The translations under genes were made by a program, and so were the position numbers. A stretch of DNA of 63,075 nucleotides, counting the filler, from Rhabdomonas costata (Eukaryota): assembly GCA_019059605.1 (NCBI GenBank). It is 40 parts of 40 records of this genome, joined end to end, with 100 filler letters (N's around TTAATTAATTAA, not from the genome) between each part and the next. Parts side by side here need not be neighbours in the genome. Positions count along the whole stretch, not along the records: positions 11,065 to 12,544 come from JAHMHO010014859.1; positions 12,645 to 14,121 come from JAHMHO010014860.1; positions 14,222 to 15,704 come from JAHMHO010014861.1; positions 15,805 to 17,284 come from JAHMHO010014862.1; positions 17,385 to 18,864 come from JAHMHO010014863.1; positions 18,965 to 20,444 come from JAHMHO010014864.1; positions 20,545 to 22,024 come from JAHMHO010014865.1; positions 22,125 to 23,604 come from JAHMHO010014866.1; 32 more parts are not named here. One strand, given 5' to 3'. The notes under the pieces are model-generated. The model was not told the origin of the DNA, made no database searches, and saw only the letters and a program-made list of their open reading frames with translations. This document shows, one piece after another, positions 11,526 through 23,197 of this stretch (positions are counted from its first letter, which is position 1; every line of letters starts with the position of its first letter).

Positions 11526-12805
11526 CTCTCTTTCCTTCTTTGGGTTCGGGGTAGGCTCACAGGCGGTACTGAGCTGGTAGCCGCTGTGTCCGCGTGCCTC
11601 TTTTCTCTTTCTGCTCCAAAAAATAGAAACAGCCGAGAAAGCCAAAGAAGTAGCTGCCCAGAAGAAAATGAAGAATGGCAACACACCAGGGCACTTGCAG
11701 GGGGAACCAGGCTGGAAAATGGGCGGGTTCGGATAGGGAAATTCTCCACGGCACAGACCTGAGCCCACTTCGACCATTCCGCAACCCATTTCCCGCAAAA
11801 GCGCCCCCGCGCATGGCCGATACACCCTGCATAGAATTGCAGAGATCTACATGTTGAACGGTTTTGCCTGAGCGCCGTCCGTGCATTCCCTGGAAAGAAA
11901 AAACAAGTACCCCTTCGCTACGGGACGACGTCGCATTGTATTCGGCGACCGACTGACACAGAGGTCCGCCTGAGGTAACCCAAAGGGCAAAAGAATCAAA
12001 TAGAGAAAGAAAGGCTATTGGTATAGCGGGGGGTGAAGACTCTGCGAGTGAGGTAGGGGGGCATCGGTTTCCTCGGCGAATGAACACTCCCACCGCCGTC
12101 GAAGACAGCTGGGCAGGGGGACACACAGAGGGAACTCCGAAGGGAGAAGGATGAAGAAAAGGCATGCACACGTACACAGAAATGGCTAAGGTGAGACCTC
12201 AGCTGAGTGCACAGGACGGGCTGAGCTGAGAGCAGAGCCGTACGGAGAAAACGTCCCCAAGCCAACGGCAGGGCACACATTCACAGGAGAGTGAGCGAAT
12301 CAGAGGACGGGGAAAGAGAAGGAAAAGGAGGCGGAAGACGTCGCGAAAGGGAGGGGAAAGGAGGGGAGGGGGAGTAAAGGTTAGGTAAGAGGGAACCAGA
12401 TTACAGGTTTACCTGGCGAAGGGAAAACCATGAGCACCTGAGCAGACAAACGCAACAAACAGCTTAACCCAGGGGAACCCAGACTCATCCATGGGTGGGA
12501 TGGAAAACCACGGGACAGAAGCAAGGCAACTAGGCCAAACCACANNNNNNNNNNNNNNNNNNNNNNNNNNNNNNNNNNNNNNNNNNNNTTAATTAATTAA
12601 NNNNNNNNNNNNNNNNNNNNNNNNNNNNNNNNNNNNNNNNNNNNGGGTGGTTGTTCGAAATCGCGAGTGTCCCTGTGGGTTAAAAATACGGCGTGCTCCC
12701 ACTGTTTCGATTGTTCTGGTGAGTTTTCCGTCTGTCTTGTCAATTTTTTCATCGTCCTGGTAGCTTCTGCGGCCATGCTACCTTCCTTTTTCTTTTCTTT
12801 TGTAG

Positions 12806-13719
12806 GTGATCCGAGAAACCAGTGGAGGAGCCGACAGCACCACAGCCCTTCTGCCGACCGTCGCTGACCTCCCGGGTGGGCCCTGCCTTTTCAATCATTT
12901 ATCGTGACTCTTTCCTAACGCTTCTTCTGGGATTTTTCCTGGATTCCCGCTGTGTCGCATAAATTGCGTAAAATTGTGCGATAGAACCCACAACTTTGGC
13001 TGGTCCCTCAGAGAAGCTTTTGCAAGTGACCATCGCTGCTAGTTTATCACATGTATTTCACGAAGTCATCGTACATTGCAGTTGTGAGTTTGGGGTGGGC
13101 GTGAGGGATCATTTTGAATTAAATCTTTTCGGATTTTTTTTGGTGGGCGGATCGCATATTTTGCCACCCCCCTCCCTTAGGTACTCCTCCTCCTCCGGAA
13201 TTTTTGCCGGCGTTGGAGGTTCCCGAGCTCCTGTCAGCCGTTCCTGGAAAAGCTATTCCGACCTTCCGAACGGAAGGTTTTCTGCGTTCCTCGCACCTGA
13301 GCTCCCCACCTCGGGACTTTTCAGCCGTTTACTTTGATTCGTTGTTGTTGTTGTTGTTGACGTCGTCTTCCTCACTTTTCTTCAATTTTCGTCCTTTCCC
13401 CCCAACCTTTACGACCTTGCAACCTTTACAAAGAAAGAATTGTGGGTGGTGCCATGGAGCTCGCATTTGTTGAATGCACTTGGGACTTTGCTTTTCGCAT
13501 GGGCTCTGGATATTGCACCTTTTAAAAAGGATAGGCTTCAGCTGTGGTCTCAAATGTTTCAATTGAGCACCTGACATTCATGATGAAGGCTGGAGGGGGG
13601 TTGTTAATCACGCTCTGCTCTTGGCGATCCTATTTCAGGACCATGGGCACCTGTCCCGGCCACCACCTCGAGTGCGATGCCGCTTCTTCAGCCGACCGCT
13701 GTCTTCCAGGAGAGCGGAA
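12806..13719 (+). CDS. Possible three-exon fragment of a Pro/Ala/Thr-rich unknown protein
   Basis: AG-preceded segments 12806-12875, 13181-13276 and 13639-~13719 join in frame through phase-1 GT-AG introns; no recognisable domain. Confidence 0.35.
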
Positions 13720-15392
13720 GCACCCACTTACTGCATTCCCCTTCCACACGCGAAGGTTTGCATGGGGCTTTGGTTTGTTTTCATGTCCTGCGAGCGTTGC
13801 TTTTCGCGCTTGACTCACCAAGGTTCCCTTTGGGCGACTCTGTACACTATAGAATGAATTCACTACCGAGACCGAGGGTTCACTGGCATTCTTCAGTTCC
13901 TTTGATCACTTTCTACTTTGTGCGACTCTGAATTGGCAATGTGCATTTTGGCATTTTGAGCATTTGGGAACATTTGAGCCAGTTGAACAAGCCTTCTTCT
14001 CGCTCCATGCAGTGTTGATTGAACCGCTGAAAGTCGAGCTGTTCACGGGGCACCTGGCTCAAATGTTCCCAAATGCTCAAAATGCCAAAATGCACATTGC
14101 CAATTCAGAGTCACACAAAAANNNNNNNNNNNNNNNNNNNNNNNNNNNNNNNNNNNNNNNNNNNNTTAATTAATTAANNNNNNNNNNNNNNNNNNNNNNN
14201 NNNNNNNNNNNNNNNNNNNNNGGGGGGTTGGGAGCGGCCACGACCGTGGGCATTTCCGGTGTGTGTGTGTGTGTGTGTGTGTGAGTTCGACGTGCTTAAT
14301 TCGCATCCATCACATTGATGCATCCAAATTATGTGTTCCCACGATCCCACAAACCTAAGAGTAATAAAGCGCTTGGTAGGCAGGCCATCGGCCACATGCC
14401 AAAATAGACATGTCATTTGAGACAAATCGACTGCCCACATGTCAATCAATCTAATGCCAACCGGCTTCAGCTCTCATAACCGTTGCCGCTAATGCTTCCT
14501 GGCGACTAGCTTTGCGCGTCCCGTCAGGTAACCATACAACTGTGGCAAGTGTGACATATTCAACATCATCAAGGCGGCCTTGCCTTACGACGTTGCAGCG
14601 GAAAACCCCACCGCCAGAGAAAAGACCCGATTCGAAAACGGCAGAACAGTACCAGCAAAATCCACTATCGCGGCGCACCGTGGTGACTTTGCAAAAAGGG
14701 TAGCACAAAATAGTATCCATATGAATGCATTACAAGTGGCCTGCGTCACCCTTCGGGCATGGAACACGGACCGAAGGTGAGTGTAAACAGCGCAACTGAA
14801 ACGTGAAGCACAGGGAAGCCATGGCAGGCACAAAAATACCACAGGGGTGGGGAGAACGGACATTAATCCAACACTGGGCGCCCCACCCGTGAAAGCGCGA
14901 GAATTAGACCCAACACGACTGGAAACATCGAGCCAGGTTGCATTGGAACGTCTCGTCGCAGGAAAGACAGAAAACATACCACAGCGCACACCAGCTGTCT
15001 CACAACTGCTGTCCACGGGCTTGCGCGCGTGCTTATGCGCTGGATGTTAAGTGACTTACAGCGTGCACAGACTCCTGCAAACGTGCAAACACAGGGATTC
15101 AAGATGGCAAAACGCAAAGAAAAAAGCACAAAAAGGAAAGATCCCATGCACACAGCAGCTCAACAACTCTAAAAAACTCTAAAAGCACAAGCGTATGATT
15201 GTCACACTTGGTTTTATGAACAATGGCGGGCTCAAGATCCATCAACTATCCCTTCCACGCAAAAAAAACATGCATGATCAATCAATTAACAATAATGGCA
15301 CATGAGAGCGCTCAGTGCGCACTGTGCACTGCGCAAAAGCAAAAAGCCAACTACATCACCGCCTGATTACTTCATCGTCTGCACAATTACAC

Positions 15393-15635
15393 CGTGGAAG
15401 AAGGGCGACGTCGGCGACTTCGCTGCAAAGTTTCCCGGGGACGCTGACAACGCTCGGTTCAGCCGGCGCTGCAGCACGCGCAATGCCTCGTCGGGAGGAT
15501 CTGCTCGTCCTCTGAGGCGGCCTAGCTCGGCAGAGGCAGCCTGCGCAGCCCCGAGTTGGCCTCGCCCGACAAGCTGCGCCATCTCGGAGAACTTCTCCGC
15601 GTACTCCAGAAGCTCTCGCTGGCCGATGGGCTGCC
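15393..15635 (-). CDS. Probable exon, unknown helical protein
   Basis: CAG|...|GT-bounded GC-rich open frame GQPIGQRELLEYAEKFSEMAQLV...ALRVLQRRLNRAL... Confidence 0.4.
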
Positions 15636-17009
15636 CTGCAGCGCAAACCAAAACCGGAATAGGAAAAATTGCCGCCCCCCCCATGGATTAGGTTAAAAAC
15701 CTCCNNNNNNNNNNNNNNNNNNNNNNNNNNNNNNNNNNNNNNNNNNNNTTAATTAATTAANNNNNNNNNNNNNNNNNNNNNNNNNNNNNNNNNNNNNNNN
15801 NNNNGTGTTGGGTGTGGTTGGTTTGGGTTGTAATGGCTTCGCTCTGCCCGTCCTGTACCCTGAAGTCTTTGGCTGCGTGGTGCGGTTCATGACGGCTTTC
15901 CGATGCACGCCTGTCAATCTTGTGTAGGAAATTTTTTGCTCCGTCTTTTTTTCGGCGTATTTTTTTTTGCCCTCCTTCACTTCCGCACGTTCCCCCGCAC
16001 CCTCTCCGTCTCCCCCCGTTTTCCGTTGTCTAAGAATATGACCCACCGCTTTGGCGCCCAAATACCTGCGCCCATGGTCCCTGTCTCCGGAACAGGTGTG
16101 CCCCCGGACGCCTTGGCGTTTGTGGTTCTCAGGCTCGAACGTGATGTAGGAGGAAGCCGGTGGACCCCAGCACGACTGGCAACCACACACTCAAAAAAGC
16201 AAAGTGGGTGTAATATTGTCTGCGTCAGTGAAGACGTCATTGAAGAGCTGCGCTTAAGTTGCAGCGTTGGGGTGGGTCGAGGATTACGTTTTTTCGTGGG
16301 GTGCAGTGGCCTGCCAGCAGATGAGCCTTCCAGCGTCTATCTTCCATTTCCCGCCTGTCGCTTTTTGGGATGTCCACGGTTAGGGCTGCGGAAAATGCAC
16401 TTTTTGCCGTGCTTTTTTCCACCCTAAGGTTTGTGACCTTTCTTATTAACCGCTAATTTGCATTTTTCTTTCCGGCGCTCGTTTGTGGGTTCCCAGTGCC
16501 CGCTGCTGAAGCCGATGGAAATCCATATGGCATTTGTGATATAAACAAAAAGGATTTGGGGCGAAATTTTGAAGTTCCCTTTCAATTATTTCTGGTCCTG
16601 TCAAGAATTTTCCCAACCCTGCCACCTGCAGTCCACAGATATGTTCCAAACGCTTCCAAAGGCTGCCGAATTGATGGACAGTTGGCAGTTGGGTGAAGAT
16701 GGTTGAAGCGCGCGCTTCCGCTTTCGGGTGGGATGGGGGTGACTTCACAGGGGAGCCTCAATCTGTGTTCGTCCTGCTGCCGCTTGCGGGGTGTGTGGGA
16801 CGTGTGGAAATGCCCTTGTGAGTTTTTCTCTTGTGTCTCCCTGCTGAGGATGGGATAGAGTTAGGTATTATTCCGGCGGCCACCGGGACTCCTCCCATTT
16901 TGGATTGATGGATTTTGTTACAAAACGCGAACGCTTACGTTTAGACAGGTTTTTTTGGAGGAAAGACGAAAGCAAAAAAATCCCTCCTGGAGTATCTCCG
17001 ATTTGGTTA

Positions 17010-17275
17010 GCTACTTTTATCCCTTCTCCTGTTCTCATTGCCATCTTTCCTTATATTGCAAAGGTTGTAACATATTTTTTTGTTGTGGCTAAACATCTAA
17101 GACCGCTAAACGTTTTGTGACTTCGCGGGTTGATTGGCAGCGGGAAGGTTGGCAGCGGATGGAGGCGGGAAACGTTTAGCGGTCTTAGATGTTTAGCCAC
17201 AACAAAAAAATATGTTACAACCTTTGCAATATAAGGAAAGATGGCAATGAGAACAGGAGAAGGGATAAAAGTAGC
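17010..17275. repeat. 106-bp inverted repeat at contig end (probable fold-back)
   Basis: 17010-17115 is the reverse complement of 17170-17275; ends 9 nt before the linker. Confidence 0.9.
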
Positions 17276-18808
17276 CAACCAACANNNNNNNNNNNNNNNN
17301 NNNNNNNNNNNNNNNNNNNNNNNNNNNNTTAATTAATTAANNNNNNNNNNNNNNNNNNNNNNNNNNNNNNNNNNNNNNNNNNNNGGTTTGTTGGACAAAA
17401 GTGCGGCTCCCGCGAAAGAAGGGAAATGCACCAGTTTCCTCCGTTGGAAAAGAGCAAAGCATGAATTTCTTGTCGGATCGAAAACGCAGTTGGGGGAGGC
17501 GAGGCGATGTTTTGTGTGAGCCCCGTACCTCCACCCCAAGTTCACGCAGCGATTGTTCTGCCCCTGCTGTCATAAAGTCTTTGGTAAGTGAATTCACATA
17601 ATTCCCTTGCTGCGTTTTGTTGGATTGTTATGCATCACAAATATTTTTTTGATGCGCAGACGTTACCATTCCCACGGGTCGGGGTTAATGCAGCCCATGA
17701 CTTTGACGTTGGCGTGAGGGCTTTTCTTGGCTTTTCAGAGGGTTTTCTTTTTTTGTTTATGTGACCCCCTTGCCTAAGTTGGGTTTTTGGTGCGTACCTG
17801 TTTGTGTGTGTGTGTGTGCGTTCTCAGTGCCTACCGTGGGAGAGAGGATGACAAGTCAAGATGCCTTAGGTGGTAGCCATCTGCTTGTGTGCCGTCGGTC
17901 GTTTGAAGAGGAGGGGTCCAGCCGAACGTGCATCCCTACCTAATCCCGTACAAATTTTGTGTGTGTTGGAGTGCAGGGCAGGGACACAAGCTACCAGAAA
18001 GAAGATTTGCCTGAAGGACATTTCGACTGGGGGAAGGGGGGTTGCCAGTCCAAGGGCATCGGTTGCGGTTTGTAAGTATAAGGGAAATTGTTCGTGAATA
18101 CCGCGGAAAGCGGAAACAATCTGGTCCCAAAGCCCCCAATACTACTGAATTCCAGCTTTTTCGATGCCTTGCTCTTAACGATGCGGGGTCTCCTGAAACG
18201 ATGGTGGTTTGTGTGTGGGGGATTGCCGTCCACCTGAGGCTTCTTGGCCTGTTCTCCAGCCAGGTGTGAGACTGACCGATGGTCCCTTTCGCTGCCGCCT
18301 CGGCCTGCGGAAAGTTTGCCGTTGTGCTGCTGCTTAGCTATTGTGGCGGGAGCATTGCCCGCAGCCTGAGGATTCCCGTAATTTCAGGCAGGAACCCTCA
18401 GTCCTCTGCTTTTCTCTTTTTTTAACTTGCACTGCAGCCGTCTTGCCAAGGGACGAAATTTTGTGTGAATCTGCGAGTAACAATTCTGAGACGATTGAAC
18501 CCACCAAACCGATATTACTAAAATTTTGCTGATCAATGGATGACAAGGGGCACTCCTTTATGTCCGCTTGAAGAACCACCCGAAAGCTTTTTTATACCAC
18601 TTGCCTTTGCCAATATTGCCAAAGCGACCTTTCAGATAATGTAGGGTGGTTTGCTCCTGCAAACGGCGATAGTTGAAATCCCATGGACAATAACTTCCGA
18701 CGCCGATATTGAGGTTATTGGAGACAACCAGTCTCTTTTAGAAACAGTGCACCAATGCAGGCATCTTTTTTCTCAAATTCCTAGGTGTTTTGGATGGGTT
18801 GCCCTCTC

Positions 18809-18860
18809 GTGGTGATGTTAACAATGGGCTCAAAGTTGAGCCCATTGTTAACATCACCAC
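18809..18860. repeat. 25-bp perfect hairpin at contig end (probable fold-back)
   Basis: gtggtgatgttaacaatgggctcaa-ag-ttgagcccattgttaacatcaccac. Confidence 0.9.
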
Positions 18861-19235
18861 CCACNNNNNNNNNNNNNNNNNNNNNNNNNNNNNNNNNNNN
18901 NNNNNNNNTTAATTAATTAANNNNNNNNNNNNNNNNNNNNNNNNNNNNNNNNNNNNNNNNNNNNCGAACCCTGCAGGGGGGGGGGGCGAAATCCTAATCG
19001 AAGTCCTTCCAAGGGCTTCACATTGTGACTGAGTTTCTGCGTTGTTACTCTAGGAACTAGATAACCTTATGAGGAGAAGAAGGATTAGAGGATAAAAGGG
19101 GGACACATACGGGCAAAAGGACCCAACGACATCTTTCAAGAGACCGACGCTCAGAGTCCGTTGTTTCAGCACCGCAACTACCTTAGCAAAAGGGGACTGG
19201 CAGCCACAAAAAGAAATAAACTCATGGAGAGATAC

Positions 19236-19912
19236 GTCGTTCAACAGAAGGAGCAAGGTTTTGCTGCTGAAGACCATCGAGCCGACGTAGCTCCGCTGAA
19301 TGTCGTCTAGAGGAGTCAGCCGCAGCAGCTCCAGGAAACCAATGATGCCGTTGAGCTGCAACGTGGGGGAATTGAGCAATATTGAGTGACAAGGGAGACT
19401 AAATATTTGAGAAGCGACATGTTCACACAAGACGTCCCGTCTACTTATGGGAAGACCGAGAAGCAGCCCAAGCTGCAGAATACGGACGGGCTGCAGCGAT
19501 ATCAAGAAGGAGAATGCATCAGAGACACAAGAATGCGGGTGGGGTGCGCAAAGAGCGATTGTGTGTTAGGGGTGCAGATCCACTGGCAGGGAACGTAGGG
19601 AACCGTAGACTCTCAGAATGAAATTCTGACAGTTCGCAGCGCAACAGAACACCACACAACAGATCAGAACTCCTCCACACGGATAGGATGACGAACCCTT
19701 CCCCCAGCAATAACGCGAAATGGTTATCTTTCGGAAAAAGCAAAGCGGTGCAGAAAGGAACAGACCTGACCACAGCCCAGAAAAGACAAGAAAACAACAG
19801 AGGCTAGCAGCAGGGACCGGGGTGCGGATTTCATGGCTCATCACTGCCAGGAAGGCGGCCTTCGCCTCGACGGCTTGCAGGGCCTTGGCCTCCGCGTCAA
19901 CGTTCTCCTCCC
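19236..19912 (-). CDS. Sensor histidine kinase HisKA domain, exons 19912-19818 and 19355-19236
   Basis: Splicing gives AVEAKAAFLAVMSHEIRTP|LNGIIGFLELLRLTPLDDIQRSYVGSMVFSSKTLLLLLND, a canonical H-box of hybrid-type kinases, with a phase-0 GT-AG intron. Confidence 0.92.
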
Positions 19913-20681
19913 CTGAGGGGGAGGGCTAACCCACCCAACAGTGGCGAAATGTGACGGCGGTGGAAGGACGGCGAAGGGACAGCTTAGACCATTCAAATCA
20001 TACAGAGACAGAGGTAGATTTGAAGCGCGGCCAAGAAGCGGTCGACTCACCAAAGCAACAGCAACAGCGGCATACCCGCACCGTCGGTGTGCAAGTATTC
20101 AGCAACGATCAAATAAGGAACACGCGCAGACGGTTCTTATGGAAAGGACGTCATCACATGTTATTAAGCATGGCAATGACAAATGACAGATGCAAACCCT
20201 CTATAAAAGCACGCACTCACCACAATATCGAGCCAAACTGCGTGATTCACTCCCTACCTTACCTGAGGTGATCCCTGCAGTTGGTGCAAGGACAGAGACA
20301 ACTCAAGAAAAGCTGCGTGCTGCGGGAATTGAGAAGGACGGAACACGATAAGGGAGCACTTGGGCAGAGTTTGTCTTGGCACAACAATCGGCAAACAGGC
20401 AGGCGAGTGTTCCTGAACGTATTGTGCATAGCTTCCCACAAAAANNNNNNNNNNNNNNNNNNNNNNNNNNNNNNNNNNNNNNNNNNNNTTAATTAATTAA
20501 NNNNNNNNNNNNNNNNNNNNNNNNNNNNNNNNNNNNNNNNNNNNGGTTGTTTTTGCGAAGTTCTGCACCCCGCCCTCGCAGCGGGATTCTTGATCGCCTC
20601 GTCCTCGCCTACTAATTCCTATCGAACTCGCGCGACACATGCCTGAGAAACGGCCTGTATTGTCAAATACTCCGCCCTCAG

Positions 20682-21838
20682 ATCATTGGCCGCCACGAGG
20701 GGGAGGTGCTGCAGCTGCTGCAGGATGACAAGGGCCTGCACCTCATCGCGGTGTTTGGGCTCCAGACCCAGACCACGCCCTCGGTGCCTGCAGTGCAGGC
20801 CGTGCTGGACCTTCTGGGGTGCCCCGAAGTCACCCTGAATCTGGCTTGCCGGATCGGTATGAAGAGTGTGGGTGTCCTTCGCAAACCTTTGCCACTATTA
20901 TTGTGCTAGTAGCTCTGTGTGGTTCCATTTGGTTCCTCACCTCTTCCCGCCGGTAATGTTGCTGGTTTTGGCATAATAGGGGTGGCCACGGGGAATGTCT
21001 TCTGTGGCATCATGGGCTCGGACCAGCGCAAGGCCTTTGACATCCTCGGGGACCCCGTGAACCTGGCGTGCCGGCTGATGCAGCTGTGCTCGCAGACCGG
21101 CTCGACCTTTCTGTGCGACGAGCTGACGACGACGATTTGCAGCGGGAGGTTCATGTTCGCGAAGCTTCCAACGGGCTTCAAGATGAAGGGTCAATCACAG
21201 AAGCTGTCTGTGTACACGGTACAGAGCAGCCAGGAGTACGAGAGCCTTGGGCTGGATGGGCTTCGTCGGCGAATCCAGGGCCACACGACGACGATCTGCG
21301 GGCGGTACCAAGAGCGGGTATGCGAATAACTCGACCCCCATGTTCCGTGTTGAACTGGAAACTATGGTGGTAGTGAAACTATGGTGGTGGTGTCACCCAC
21401 CTGCCCTCCACTTTTGGCACCCAACGTTTACTGGCGGGAAGTGGGTGAGGAGTTACAGAATTATTTTCCATGTTAAGCTTATTTCGTGTTTTTTTCCTGT
21501 TAATGGAGGGAATGGAGGGAATCTTGGAATAGAGGCAGAAAGTCGCGGGCACCGCGCTTGTAGTTTCCCTTTGTCTTTTCTCCAGGCTATGCTGGAGAGC
21601 TTTGTAAGGCGGATGCTGCACCGGAGAGAGGCCTGCCCCAACTTGGGTGGCGCTGCTCAAGGGAGGGGCCTAGCCCCGCCTGCCCCCCTCCAGCCGATCT
21701 GCAGTGGCCCCGTGGATGGCATCCTCAACGAGTCCGTGGTCGACCTCACGGAGGGCGAGCTCGAGCCCGAGCCCAGCACCACCGGGGGCGCGAGCGTGCC
21801 AGAGGCCAGGAGTGTCGTCACCCTGGGAAGCACCGCAG
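20682..21838 (+). CDS. Soluble adenylyl cyclase (ADCY10-like) second catalytic domain, exons 20682-20856, 20980-21317, 21586-21838
   Basis: QDDKGLHLIAVFG...RIG|VATGNVFCGIMGSDQRKAFDILGDPVNLACRLMQ...LCDELT...KMKG, then ICGR.E typical of the lead-in to the sAC P-loop domain; GT-AG introns keep frame. Confidence 0.85.
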
Positions 21839-22334
21839 GTGGCCCTGCATTGTTTCTGTGTGTATGAACGTGTTAAACACGCTAGCAGGAACCTTGTGCA
21901 CTGGCTCAAGCAATGAAGTTTGCCAGAGCAGTTAGAGCACACGTTCTAGGGCGGTACAAAATCAGGGCAGTCAGTGGGACAGCCAGATGTTTGGGGTTGA
22001 AGGTTGGACGGTGTGCACCAGAAANNNNNNNNNNNNNNNNNNNNNNNNNNNNNNNNNNNNNNNNNNNNTTAATTAATTAANNNNNNNNNNNNNNNNNNNN
22101 NNNNNNNNNNNNNNNNNNNNNNNNCCGCTTGTCTTAATGTGCTGACAGCCCATGCGTCCGTCCATTTGCGCATGCCACTACACTTTTAGGGTGGTGCATT
22201 TGCACAAGGTTATGACAAAATTGCTAATGAGCGAGTGGGCGGAAATATTTGATGTTGCCCTTTTGAGCTGTAGCAAGGAAAGCACGTCCTCACGTGGATG
22301 GCAGTACTGTGGCGCGGCTCACCGTTTACCACAG

Positions 22335-23197
22335 GAGGCGGCGCTGGTGTTCAACAGCGGCTACGTCGCCAACGAGTCCGCTCTGAGCACCCTGGGGGCG
22401 CTGCTTCCGGGGTGCGAGTTCTACAGCGACGACGAGAACCACGCCTCGATGATCCACGGGATGAAGGGCAAGGGCGTCAAGAAGTTCATCTGGCGCCACA
22501 ATGACCTCAAGCACCTGGAGGAGCTCCTGAAGGCCTCCTACCTGAAGAACCCCGACACTCCCAGAGTGGTCGCCTTCGAGGTTTGGTGAAGAAAGCAGCG
22601 AATGTCACACTCTGAACCCTGCGCTTTTTCTATCCAGATTACCCTGCCTTTCTGCTTTCAGCCCTCTGTCTCCCAAATCCAAAATATATGGGGAACCAGT
22701 GCATCCGAGCCGACTTGTCAAGGTATTTTAGATTGCGGATTGACCTAGTCTCAATGCACACCTTTTTATGTATGGATAACGGTGATTTGGGACGGAGCAT
22801 TAAACAATAGCGCCCAACATTTCACTGAACTGGTCTCGGACATCCTCGCGATGGTGATACGCAGCATCCAGTTGGGAGCAGGACGGACTCCAAAAAGTTG
22901 GACGCCAGTTCTGTAGTGTTCCTCCTGCTAAATTGCGGTGGATTGCAGGGTCGTCACTCTGGCCTACTGTTCATTCACAGGAAGTATCGCTACTCCCCCA
23001 CCATCTCCTTTCCCTTTTGCAGTCGGTGTACTCCATGTCGGGGACGATCTCCCCGATCGGGGATATCTGCGACCTCGCCCGCAAGTACAACGCCCTGACC
23101 TACCTGGACGAGGTCCACGCCGTGGGGATGTACGGCCCTCATGGTGCTGGGGTGGCAGAGAGGGACCAGGTCATGTGGAAGGTGGACATTATTCAAG
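22335..23197 (+). CDS. ALAS: 5-aminolevulinate synthase fragment, exons 22335-22580 and 23023-23197
   Basis: EAALVFNSGYVANE...SDDENHASMIHG...FIWRHNDLKHLEELL...VAFE|SVYSMSG...DLARKYNALTYLDEVHAVGMYGPHGAGVAERD are ALAS-diagnostic motifs; GT-AG intron 22581-23022. Confidence 0.95.
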
